A DNA stretch of 64,000 nt from a virus (taxonomy: Duplodnaviria > Caudoviricetes), in the IMG/VR virus record IMGVR_UViG_3300010344_001170, positions 1 through 64,000 of that record; one strand, written 5' to 3'. The notes beneath the pieces are model-generated. The model was not told the DNA's origin. It was given only the letters and a program-made list of their open reading frames with translations, and ran no database searches. The position numbers and the translations under genes were made by a program. Shown here piece after piece: positions 19,636 to 28,849 of the stretch (positions within the stretch are counted from its first letter, which is position 1; each line of letters starts with the position of its first letter).

Positions 19636-19993
19636 TAATGTAAATGTGTTGCTGGATTTGACTCCAGAGCAAATAGAAGCCATAGATTGGTTTATGAAAA
19701 ACCCACCTAAGTATTATAAGTGGTTTTATCCAATTTATCAGAAATTTATTCGTTATGTTATTTTCCTTGCAATTGTTGCTGCAATTATTTTGGGAATTAT
19801 ACATACTGCATCAGAAAGAGTAGATCTTTTTGACACCATAAAATATATCTTTTTTGGAGATTTTATTTTAATGTTATGGCCACTTGGATCTTATCTTTTT
19901 AAACATTTTTATACAAAAAGATTTGCTAAAAAAATAGGTCTAACTATGGAGCAATGGAATTTAGCTACCTTAGGAATGGCTTGGGATATTTAA
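19622..19993 (+). CDS. two-TM membrane protein
   Basis: Hydrophobic helices; ATG at 19622 preferred. Confidence 0.7.
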   Translation: MPKFDNVNVLLDLTPEQIEAIDWFMKNPPKYYKWFYPIYQKFIRYVIFLAIVAAIILGIIHTASERVDLFDTIKYIFFGDFILMLWPLGSYLFKHFYTKRFAKKIGLTMEQWNLATLGMAWDI

Positions 19994-19995
19994 TT

Positions 19996-21204
19996 ATGAG
20001 AGCAAGATTTATAAATGAAGATATACGAGATGTTTTGAAGGGAAAATCTGAAGAAGATATAGCAAAATCTATGTCTAAAATAAGAAATGTTAATAGAATT
20101 TTTAGAGACGGCCAAACTAGATTACATATGGCCTCAAAACAAGGACAAACTAATATAGTCAAATCATTAATACAAAGTGGAGCAGATATTAATATTAAAG
20201 ATGCTTATAGGGCAACCCCTATTATGTATGCAAAAACCCCGGAAATTATAGATATTTTTAAAGAAGCAGGAGATACAACACCATATGAAAATATATTTGA
20301 ATTTATAATTAAAAGAGATATACATGACGAGGATGTTACTTTAAAATTAATAGATTATTTTCTAAAGAAGGGGGCAAAAATAAATCTTAATTACGCTTTG
20401 TATATGGCTAGTAGTTTTAGCCCTAAATTAATCAAATCGTTAGTTGATAAAGGAGCGAATATTAATTATATTGACAGACATGGTCAGAATCTTTTAATGC
20501 ATGTTATATTAATGAGTTTTTATGGAGAAGATAATAAAAGGATTGAAATTATTAAAACATTAATAGATAATGGTATAAATGTAAATTATATAAATAAATC
20601 TCCGGATTTAAATTCATTTGGGCAAGATTTAAAACGCCATCCAACAGCAATGGATTACACTATTCGTTACATGAACAATTTATCTGAATCAGAAAAAATA
20701 CAAATAGCAAAATTGCTTATGGATGCTGGATTTAAAGTTTCAAATGTTAAAAGTAAATATGATCAACAAGATATTAATAAATTTTTAAGAAAACATAAAA
20801 TTATAAAATCAAAAGGCGATAATAAAAAACAAGAAATTATTGAAGCCTTAGATGATGAAAATAAAACTTTATTAAAAGATCTTTTACAAAATGGTTCAGG
20901 AGACATCGTATGGGAATCTGATTTTAATGATATGACAACAAAGGGTATCGATGAATCTTTAGTTTATGTTATTGGCGCAGATAGAAATAATTTGAAAGTA
21001 AAATCTGTTTTATCTGGAAAAACATTTAATGTAAGTTTTGATGATGTTATAGAATATGGACACTATCATATAATGGAAGATACCAAAAATATTAAAAGTT
21101 TTATAAAAGATATTGAAAAAGAAGTTGATGAATTGCAACAATCAATAAATGAATTGGATAAAGGCCTTAAAAAATTAAAATCATTTTTTAAAAAATTAAA
21201 ATAA
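19996..21204 (+). CDS. ankyrin-repeat protein with VxE/LKPK leader
   Basis: MRARFINEDIRDVLKGKSEEDI; GQTRLHMAS..G..NIVKSLIQSGADINIKD repeats. Confidence 0.88.
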   Translation: MRARFINEDIRDVLKGKSEEDIAKSMSKIRNVNRIFRDGQTRLHMASKQGQTNIVKSLIQSGADINIKDAYRATPIMYAKTPEIIDIFKEAGDTTPYENIFEFIIKRDIHDEDVTLKLIDYFLKKGAKINLNYALYMASSFSPKLIKSLVDKGANINYIDRHGQNLLMHVILMSFYGEDNKRIEIIKTLIDNGINVNYINKSPDLNSFGQDLKRHPTAMDYTIRYMNNLSESEKIQIAKLLMDAGFKVSNVKSKYDQQDINKFLRKHKIIKSKGDNKKQEIIEALDDENKTLLKDLLQNGSGDIVWESDFNDMTTKGIDESLVYVIGADRNNLKVKSVLSGKTFNVSFDDVIEYGHYHIMEDTKNIKSFIKDIEKEVDELQQSINELDKGLKKLKSFFKKLK

Positions 21205-21205
21205 A

Positions 21206-22558
21206 ATGAGTTTATACCACAAATATAATAATGAGAATATTCTAATACGTGCAGTTCTAGCTGGATTACTTGATATTTTGAACAATCAAATCAAGTATGA
21301 ACAAGCATGGGCAGACGATGATATTGAAACTGTTCAAGTTCCTTGGTTCTATAATCAATCTGGCGATGAACGATTCAATCAAGATTTCTATACACACTAC
21401 GCTGAGTGTATGCCACCAAGGCCAGTAGATGGAAATTTTGATGTAATTCCTCGTGGAGTTATAACATACACAGGATCAAGCATAGTAGCTCAACGTATAA
21501 CTTCTCGTTATGTTCAAGGTCGTTATGTAAAAGAAGTTGATGGACAATTAGAATCATATGTATCTTATTTATATTCAATACCTTTGAGTGTAAGAATTGA
21601 TTGCGAAATATGGTGTGATCGTCAAATAACCGCTCTTAAAATAGAACAAGCTATTAGAGAAGTATTCTATAAAACCGTTACTTATTATGTTTATTTTAGA
21701 GGATTAAGAATTGGAAGTACTGTTGGATTTCCTGAAGATATAACTCTTGAAAAAAATATCCAATATTCTTTTGAACCAAACAATCCAATCAAAGTAAATT
21801 TTCAATTAGAAATTGAAACATATCAGCCTGTATTTGATCCTACAACTGAAATGAAAACAACCTCTAGAATAAAAGGATTTTCATACAATTTATATCCAGT
21901 TCCAGAAAAAAATAATATCAATACAATTACTCCATCAAATAATTTATATTTAGGATCTCAATTTCAAATTGTGACACCGCGAGAAGGCGCCACTATTCCA
22001 AAAGGCACTCCTGTGTGGGTTGAATGGGTATTTAATGATAGAGGAAAAATAATTAACAAAGTAAATCTTCAATGGGCTTATTATGGGCAAAATGAATTTT
22101 ATGATATTGAATTAGCCGTTCCAAATCACGAATATTATGTTTGGAACATTCCAGATACATTTACTGATTTTAAAGAGCCTCATATTATATGGGAAGAAAC
22201 CAATGACATTAAGGTTACAAAAGTACCTATTGTCAAAATTATTCCGGATTTAGTTACGAGACAAATTTCATCTACTTCTTTTGAAATTATTGATGAAGGA
22301 TATTTTACATCAGTTAATGGAGATACATCAATAAATTTACAATTGGAAATGAGAGATCGACATAATGAAATTTCATACAGTCCTGATGGAGCTATATGGG
22401 GCAATATCCAATACAATACATTAACATCAATTTCTGTAGACCCAAGTACATTAGTTTATTTCCCAGAACCTATAGATTTCAAACATATTGACATATACAT
22501 AACCAATACTAATGATGGGACAACATTTGGAATAGCTAATAACATAAAAATTGTCTAA
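21206..22558 (+). CDS. gp15: tail sheath stabiliser/completion protein (T4 gp15-like) with C-terminal beta extension
   Basis: VQVPWFY, IPRG, PLSVRIDCEIWCD..ALKIEQAIREVF parallel the gp15 motifs VPITY, LPR, PIKMIYEL..FQIVEQILPYF. Confidence 0.65.
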   Translation: MSLYHKYNNENILIRAVLAGLLDILNNQIKYEQAWADDDIETVQVPWFYNQSGDERFNQDFYTHYAECMPPRPVDGNFDVIPRGVITYTGSSIVAQRITSRYVQGRYVKEVDGQLESYVSYLYSIPLSVRIDCEIWCDRQITALKIEQAIREVFYKTVTYYVYFRGLRIGSTVGFPEDITLEKNIQYSFEPNNPIKVNFQLEIETYQPVFDPTTEMKTTSRIKGFSYNLYPVPEKNNINTITPSNNLYLGSQFQIVTPREGATIPKGTPVWVEWVFNDRGKIINKVNLQWAYYGQNEFYDIELAVPNHEYYVWNIPDTFTDFKEPHIIWEETNDIKVTKVPIVKIIPDLVTRQISSTSFEIIDEGYFTSVNGDTSINLQLEMRDRHNEISYSPDGAIWGNIQYNTLTSISVDPSTLVYFPEPIDFKHIDIYITNTNDGTTFGIANNIKIV

Positions 22559-22619
22559 AACGAGGCAAAAATCATAAATATATAGAAAAAATACACCTAT
22601 ATTATATCAAATAAATTAA

Positions 22620-25403
22620 TTGGCGATGATAGAAAAAATTAATCAATTAAAGAGCAAAACCAATTCAGACGAGGTAAAGAATCTTTGCGAAAGTGCTATT
22701 GCAGCAATTAGTTCAACCATTTACAATGGTGTTACACCAGAGGCAAGATTCGAAATTGAAAGGGTTGCTATTACTAACTTATTTGAAGGACTCTCCAAAC
22801 ATACAAAAGTCGAAGGAGTTAAAGAATGGTTAGATGTTCAAAAGAGACTTTTCACGATCAAAAATCTTGGAATTCGCGAAGCAGTTAATTCTTTGAATGA
22901 AAGCAAAGAGTTAAAAACAGTTCTTGAACAATTTAAAGATGCTCTTGATAAAGGGGTTCATGAATCTCGTTTATATGAACAGTTCATTACTGCTTTAAGC
23001 CCATTTGGATATTTTCCAACTGTAGGCAATGCTATTAAAGCAGTTAAAGATCGTGTAGATCTTTATAAAAATGATGTTGATATTATCAAGATTCTTGAAA
23101 CAATGAAAGAATCACGAAGTAATTATTTAGTTCCTCTTATTGCTGATGTCGTTGATAATTATCTATCAAATAAAAACATGCAAACCAGACATCAGTTATC
23201 TGAAACTTTAATGAAGTTCACCTATGATCCATTTGTTCGTGATATCGCCAGCATAATTACAATGGATGCTACTGATCTTCAGTTAGAGTATGCAAATGCA
23301 CAATGTGATATAAACAAGGTGTATTCTCCAGTTCTTTATATTGGAGAAAATGAAGCTGTTTTTGCTGTCAATAAAGTGTACTATGTTAAAAAGGGAAATA
23401 ACGTTAGCAGACTTTCAAATGTTGATGTTATGAAACTTGATGAAGAATTCAAAACACTTTGTGAAGCTTTAGCACAACCAAATGTTGTTGTTGAAAGAGA
23501 TGGAGTTTCTGTTTATCTTGGAAAAGATAAAGCATTCATTACTGAAAATGGTGTTCATGTTAATGATAAACCTATGACTAATGAAGAATTCCAGAATGCA
23601 GCTTCAATATCTTCATGGGCAGGAAATACTGGTTTCTTCCAGTTAGTTGAATTTTTAAGAAGCAATTTCGCTGAAATTGCTGAAATAGATTTTGTTAAGA
23701 GAGTATTCTTAAAAGAAGATGTTAATCATTCAGCTGATATATTTAAGTTGAGAGATAATGTGTTCATTACAACTCATAATCCTGAATTAGGCAAATCTAC
23801 ATTCTATCGTAATGTAAATCCAATTCAAGCAAGAGGAATTATGATGGAACATTTAAGATTTGACGTTACTTCTCTTTATCAAGGATTACTTCCTGATGAA
23901 GAAAAAATCAATGAACAAATTAAGGAAACAAAGGAAGAATATAATACTTACATTGCTGAATTAACTCAGAAGATAAATGATTTCAATTCAAATCCTTATA
24001 AGAAAGATGTAACAATTAAAGTTGTTGAAGCTCTTGAAGAAGAACTCAAAGCAGTTAAAGACGAATATAAGGATTATTTAAATAGAATTGAGAAATATTT
24101 TAGACCAGAAGTTAATGAAGAAATATCTATAGATATTAATGTTGATGGAAAAAAATATACTGTTCCAATTCCACAAGAAGTGAATGGTGCCAAACCTAAA
24201 GGTGATGAAGAAACCGAAAAAACCGGAACAGAGGTTGGTGCAGAACACCTTCCAGATCAACCAGCATCTGCTGTAACATTTGATCAAGATCAAACTGAAC
24301 TTATTGGTGATACACCTACTATTCCTGAAGATGAAATTGATTTAGGTTCAGGAGAAACCGAAGAAGAAGCTGAAGAGGCTGAAGAAGAAAAAGAAGAACA
24401 AGAAGCTGAAGCTGAAGAAGAAGGAGATGACATCAAAGTTGAAGATGAAATTGATCTAGATGATGAAGAAAAAGATGAATTAAAAGCCGAAGACGACAAA
24501 GAAGAGGAAGAAGAAAAAGAAGATGAAGAAAAGAAAAAGAAAAAAGTGGAACCTCTTGAAAGTGCTGAAGGTGAAGGCTTGAAGAAAAATAAGTTCATCA
24601 AAGAAGCTGGTGAAGGTAAAAAGAAGAAAAAAGTCTTCCTTAAAAGAAAGATTCACGAAGATGCCGAAAGTGCAGCTGAAAAAGCTATGAAAGCTGAGGA
24701 AGAAAAACGTATGCAGGCTGAACGCGAAAAAAGAGCTAAAGAAGCTCAGGAAAAAGAGGCAGTTAAAGAATCTAAAACTGTAAAAGACGTAAAAAAAAAG
24801 TTAAATGAGGCCCAAATAGGTGATACAGTCCTTTTAGATAAACAGAAAGGATATATCATTGGTCAAATGGGTGATAAGGTTCTTGTTCAAGTACAAGGAT
24901 CAACTAGTTGTGTAACTCCAAGCGATGTTAAAGTATTAAATGCAAAGGTTGAAACTCAAAAACCACCTTATGAATTTGATAAATTAACTCTTCAGAATTT
25001 AACTACCAAAGCTTTATTTGAACAATTTGTTCGTTGTGGTATCTATGTAGGTAACATCCCAGTTAAATTAAATAACTGCTATACTAAATATAGTGATTGG
25101 AAAGATTCCGAAAATGACAAACCAATCAATGTATTAGTTGAAGGATCATTGACACTTCTTCCTAAATCACAAGTAAGAATACTTGAAGATGTTAATGATT
25201 TTGCTAACTTAGATAATTACATCGAAGGTGTTGAAATAGATGAATCTACTGGAGAAGCTATCGCTAATGTTAAAATAAATGCAATTGATTATACCAACGC
25301 ATTAGGAGATGCTGACTCAGTAAGAATTATTAGAGGAGGAAAATCTGAAGAACCCGCAGTTGACACAGTTCCAAAAGCCACATTAAGAACATTAGCTGTT
25401 TAA
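22620..25403 (+). CDS. large putative head-associated protein (927 aa) with acidic block and SH3-like module
   Basis: Late-like motif AAATATATAGAAAAA upstream; E/D-rich block; multiple (L/V/I)xE sites. Confidence 0.7.
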   Translation: MAMIEKINQLKSKTNSDEVKNLCESAIAAISSTIYNGVTPEARFEIERVAITNLFEGLSKHTKVEGVKEWLDVQKRLFTIKNLGIREAVNSLNESKELKTVLEQFKDALDKGVHESRLYEQFITALSPFGYFPTVGNAIKAVKDRVDLYKNDVDIIKILETMKESRSNYLVPLIADVVDNYLSNKNMQTRHQLSETLMKFTYDPFVRDIASIITMDATDLQLEYANAQCDINKVYSPVLYIGENEAVFAVNKVYYVKKGNNVSRLSNVDVMKLDEEFKTLCEALAQPNVVVERDGVSVYLGKDKAFITENGVHVNDKPMTNEEFQNAASISSWAGNTGFFQLVEFLRSNFAEIAEIDFVKRVFLKEDVNHSADIFKLRDNVFITTHNPELGKSTFYRNVNPIQARGIMMEHLRFDVTSLYQGLLPDEEKINEQIKETKEEYNTYIAELTQKINDFNSNPYKKDVTIKVVEALEEELKAVKDEYKDYLNRIEKYFRPEVNEEISIDINVDGKKYTVPIPQEVNGAKPKGDEETEKTGTEVGAEHLPDQPASAVTFDQDQTELIGDTPTIPEDEIDLGSGETEEEAEEAEEEKEEQEAEAEEEGDDIKVEDEIDLDDEEKDELKAEDDKEEEEEKEDEEKKKKKVEPLESAEGEGLKKNKFIKEAGEGKKKKKVFLKRKIHEDAESAAEKAMKAEEEKRMQAEREKRAKEAQEKEAVKESKTVKDVKKKLNEAQIGDTVLLDKQKGYIIGQMGDKVLVQVQGSTSCVTPSDVKVLNAKVETQKPPYEFDKLTLQNLTTKALFEQFVRCGIYVGNIPVKLNNCYTKYSDWKDSENDKPINVLVEGSLTLLPKSQVRILEDVNDFANLDNYIEGVEIDESTGEAIANVKINAIDYTNALGDADSVRIIRGGKSEEPAVDTVPKATLRTLAV

Positions 25404-25454
25404 CGGTAAAAATAAAATAAATCCTTCGGGATATATACCAAAAATTTTCTTAAA

Positions 25455-25940
25455 ATGGCTTTACCTCTAGAAAAATTCAACTTAAATCGTTTCTGGGAAA
25501 AGACCCCGTTAGTTTTAAAGTATGTTCTTGTGTTTGCTGTTTTATTGGCAACGCTCTACTTTGTTATGTCTAAACAGATGGATGACAATCACGTAAAAGA
25601 AATTGAACAGATGAAAGTTGGTATAAATGCCACATATGAATTAATAGACAATTTCGAAGACTTTAGAATAGAACAAGACGCTTATAATAAAGAAGTTTTA
25701 ACATATCTAAAAAATTTACACGCATTAGTTGAAGAATTAAATGAAACAACTAATCGTAAATTTGACATGATATTAAAATCGGGAAATAGAAATGCTGATG
25801 ACATTATTGAAAAGATAATGTTATTAAATGAATCATTTGAAAAAATATCAAAAGCATATAATAATAGTGCTATAACAACTCCAACAATAGACCCTCAAAT
25901 ACAAGTAAAAAAGCTGGATAGCCCTCCAGTCATAAAATAA
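25455..25940 (+). CDS. N-terminal TM coiled-coil protein
   Basis: Single TM followed by heptad-rich sequence. Confidence 0.75.
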   Translation: MALPLEKFNLNRFWEKTPLVLKYVLVFAVLLATLYFVMSKQMDDNHVKEIEQMKVGINATYELIDNFEDFRIEQDAYNKEVLTYLKNLHALVEELNETTNRKFDMILKSGNRNADDIIEKIMLLNESFEKISKAYNNSAITTPTIDPQIQVKKLDSPPVIK

Positions 25941-25945
25941 GCCGC

Positions 25946-26227
25946 ATGAGCATGGAAACAAAAAAATGGAAATCTGCACAGGCATACATTATAGTTGCAA
26001 TAATACTAACTATATTTGTATACATTGGTGTTGATGCTTTTTCTACAAAACCACAAATAAGAAAAGATTTAACTGAAGTAAAGGGGCAATATACTGATTT
26101 GTCCAAATTTTTGGAAATAAAGATTCCAGAAATTGATTCCACATTCAAACTACAAGCAGACCAAATTAAAGAGCAAAAGACTCAGATGTCAGAGCTTGAG
26201 CAGACTATCGACAAACTTTCAAAATAA
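25946..26227 (+). CDS. N-terminal TM coiled-coil protein
   Basis: Single TM followed by heptad-rich sequence. Confidence 0.75.
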   Translation: MSMETKKWKSAQAYIIVAIILTIFVYIGVDAFSTKPQIRKDLTEVKGQYTDLSKFLEIKIPEIDSTFKLQADQIKEQKTQMSELEQTIDKLSK

Positions 26228-26272
26228 ATTCTACCACCTCTTAATGTGATGTACTTTTACTAATGGTGCGCC

Positions 26273-26301
26273 AAAACTTGGTGTGCCTTTTGTCATAAAA
26301 T
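26273..26301 (+). promoter_or_regulatory. putative middle promoter for the late sigma gene, overlapping a terminator-like hairpin
   Basis: AAAACT-15nt-CATAAAAT; hairpin GGTGCGCCA/TGGTGTGCC + TTTT. Confidence 0.55.
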
Positions 26302-26397
26302 AATAGTAAGTGTGAATTTGAAGTGCGAGAGCTTGTAAAACCACTTCAAATTTAAATAAAAAAATCGACTATTAATGTTAAAAAATTGTTAAAATTT

Positions 26398-26748
26398 ATG
26401 GGAACACACCACGTTAAAAATAAGGATTTAAGAGAGGCATTGATACTTTCCAAAGAAAAAGATGAATTGACAAAGGAAACATTGGACATGTTTATTTTAA
26501 TGGCTAAGAAATTTTCAACCAACTTTACATACATATATGAAGAAGATAAAGAAGATTGCATCTCTTTTGCTATAATGGATTGTTATCAATATTGGAGAGG
26601 GTATGATCCCGAAAAATCTGCAAATGCATTCGCATATATCACGCAAATAATTAAAAATGGTTTCGCTAAAGGATGGCGAAAATTATATGGCAATATGCCA
26701 AAATCCAAAAAGGTTTCTGTTTCTCATAATAACATCTATAGTTTATAA
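26398..26748 (+). CDS. gp55: late-transcription sigma factor (T4 gp55-like)
   Basis: HVKNKDL, EDCISFA, YDPEKSANAFAYITQIIKNGF resemble gp55 YVNNKEL / NPHAYITQ. Confidence 0.8.
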   Translation: MGTHHVKNKDLREALILSKEKDELTKETLDMFILMAKKFSTNFTYIYEEDKEDCISFAIMDCYQYWRGYDPEKSANAFAYITQIIKNGFAKGWRKLYGNMPKSKKVSVSHNNIYSL

Positions 26749-26762
26749 ATATATAAAATAAA
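26747..26762 (+). promoter_or_regulatory. putative late promoter
   Basis: AAATATATAAAATAAA. Confidence 0.5.
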
Positions 26763-26771
26763 CCTATAGAT

Positions 26772-27242
26772 ATGAAATTCGTTAAAGAAAGTTTAAATGA
26801 ATGGTTCGTTGAGGATCCTCAAGTTGATGGTGAACCTGAACCAAGATCCAAAAGTGGATTTCATAGTAATATTGAAGAAGATACTCTTGAAAATGAAGAT
26901 TTTCGTCGTGTTTTATATACAGGAGAAAATATGCAGCTTGTAGTTATGACCCTACAAGAGGGCGAAGAAATTGGCGTAGAAACCCATGAAAACGACCAAT
27001 TCTTTAGATTTGAAGAGGGAACTGGAAAGTGCATTGTCAGTAATGCAGAATATGAAGTAGAAGATGGAGATGCTGTAATTATTCCTGCCGGCTCAGAACA
27101 TAATATTATGAACACAGGTCAAGGTCCACTTAAGATGTATACTCTATATGCCCCTCCTCACCATCAAGATGGTATCACTCACACGACTAAAGAAGAAGCT
27201 GAAAATAGTGATGAGGAATTTGATGGTGAAACAACCGAATAG
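26772..27242 (+). CDS. cupin-domain protein with VxES leader
   Basis: MKFVKESLNE; EIGVETHENDQFFRFEEG..IIPAGSEHNIMN cupin motifs. Confidence 0.88.
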   Translation: MKFVKESLNEWFVEDPQVDGEPEPRSKSGFHSNIEEDTLENEDFRRVLYTGENMQLVVMTLQEGEEIGVETHENDQFFRFEEGTGKCIVSNAEYEVEDGDAVIIPAGSEHNIMNTGQGPLKMYTLYAPPHHQDGITHTTKEEAENSDEEFDGETTE

Positions 27243-27253
27243 CCCCTAACAAT

Positions 27254-27357
27254 ATTATCTAAATAAAATATTATATTTGTTTTGGTGACCTTCAGTGTCT
27301 ACATGTAAAGATTCTTTGCATTGCAACGAAGCAAATATAATATTTTATTTAGATAAT
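27254..27357. repeat. perfect 26-bp inverted repeat with 52-nt spacer
   Basis: ATTATCTAAATAAAATATTATATTTG (27254-27279) / CAAATATAATATTTTATTTAGATAAT (27332-27357). Confidence 0.92.
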
Positions 27358-27405
27358 GTATGTTAAAAATGCGTTAAAAATTACCAGTTTTTATAAGGTT
27401 CATTA

Positions 27406-27420
27406 GAATATATAAATAAA
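27406..27420 (+). promoter_or_regulatory. putative late promoter
   Basis: GAATATATAAATAAA, contains the T4 late box TATAAATA. Confidence 0.55.
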
Positions 27421-27424
27421 ACTA

Positions 27425-28075
27425 ATGAAAGATTATAATTTTGTTTATGTAACAACTAATTTAGTTAATGGCAAACAATACATTGGCGATCATTCGACTA
27501 ATGATCTAAATGATGGATATTTAGGAAGTGGCAAATATTTTATTAATGCTGTTAAAAAATATGGTAAACAAAATTTTAGTCGAAAAATTTTAGAACATTT
27601 TAAAACAAAAGAAGAAGCCTTTAATTGCCAATCAATATATATTGAAAGATATAATACCGTTGTACCTAATGGATATAACATTTCGATAGTTGGCGGAACA
27701 AATATAAAAAATAATCGTTTATCAGAACATCATAAAGAACAACTATCCATAGCAATTAAAAAATGGCATCAAGACATTGGTTTTTCACAAGAAACGAAGA
27801 AAAAAATAGGAGATAGTCAAAGAGGAAAAAAACGTTCAGAAAAATCAAAAGAAAATTATAAAAGAGGAAATGCCCTAAAGAACAAAGGGAGAAAAATGAA
27901 TGAAGATTCTAAAAAAATAATGATACAAAAATTAAAAGGGCAAAAAAGATCTAATCAATTTAAAATTAATGTTAGTTTAGGATCTAAAAATTCTAGAAAG
28001 CAATGTGAAAAATGCAATAAAATAATACCTCTAAATGTTTATAATAGATGTCATGGAAAAAAATGTACTAAATGA
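27425..28075 (+). mobile_element. free-standing GIY-YIG (Seg-like) homing endonuclease
   Basis: FVYVTTNLVNGKQYIG, YLGSG, NGYNI, NUMOD3-like SxETKKKI repeats. Confidence 0.88.
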
Positions 28076-28719
28076 GTTTCAATTCTTCATATAAGAGATG
28101 GCATAAGCCGAAAAGAGATGTTATCAATGATGATGGATCTTTAAAGAAAGGACAAACTCATCAAGGATATTACAGGGTTGCTAATAGAGACAAATATGTT
28201 GGCGATCCTAATCTAGTAATTTATCGAAGTTCATGGGAATTTGCATTCTGCAAATGGTGCGATGCTTCTCCTTCTATTAAAAGATGGTCGTCTGAGCCAA
28301 TAAAGGTTCCATATTATGATAGGGTTTCAAAATTAGAAGAATGTCGTAAACTTGGTCTTGACCCTAATAATCCAAGAAATTGGGTTATAAAGAACTACAA
28401 TACAGATTTTTGGGTAGAAATAGATAAAGGAGGAGAAAGACCTGAAAAATGGTTTATAGAAATAAAACCAAAGGACAAATTATCTAAACCAAAACAAATT
28501 GCAGCACATGCCCCGTTAAAGGAAATTCGTCGATATAATATGCTCATGAAAGAATATCTTATTAATGAAGCTAAATTTGCTGCGTTAAAAGATTGGGCCG
28601 AAAAAAATGGATCTAAATTTTACGTATTTACAGAGGACACTCTTATTCATTATGGAATAATCGGAGGAAGATTTGATTATGATAATGAAAAAACTAAATA
28701 TCAACAACGTTTAAAATGA
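28072..28719 (+). CDS. gp4: head completion nuclease (T4 gp4-like, TnsA-type PD-(D/E)XK)
   Basis: YRSSWE..FCKWCD, WSSEPIKVPY, YNTDFWV, IEIKP, NEAKF..A..W, FYVFTE. Confidence 0.85.
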   Translation: MSFNSSYKRWHKPKRDVINDDGSLKKGQTHQGYYRVANRDKYVGDPNLVIYRSSWEFAFCKWCDASPSIKRWSSEPIKVPYYDRVSKLEECRKLGLDPNNPRNWVIKNYNTDFWVEIDKGGERPEKWFIEIKPKDKLSKPKQIAAHAPLKEIRRYNMLMKEYLINEAKFAALKDWAEKNGSKFYVFTEDTLIHYGIIGGRFDYDNEKTKYQQRLK

Positions 28720-28815
28720 TGTTAGTTAACGAATCATGGATATGAATTGAATAGCGATGTGGATTTAAGATTATTATTAAAATTCATACTTTATGGCCCA
28801 GATACTGAGCATTAA
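28716..28815 (+). pseudogene. possible frameshifted remnant of a leader-tagged gene
   Basis: ATG ATG TTA GTT AAC GAA TCA (MMLVNES) stops after 9 codons; a 25-codon frame continues one base over. Confidence 0.35.
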
Positions 28816-28849
28816 TTTTTAAATATCAAAATAATTGTTATATTTGCAT

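Noticed and set aside
25455-26227. Spanin pair or holin call for two TM coiled-coil genes
   Set aside because: No lipobox in the second gene and no endolysin nearby; left as hypothetical.
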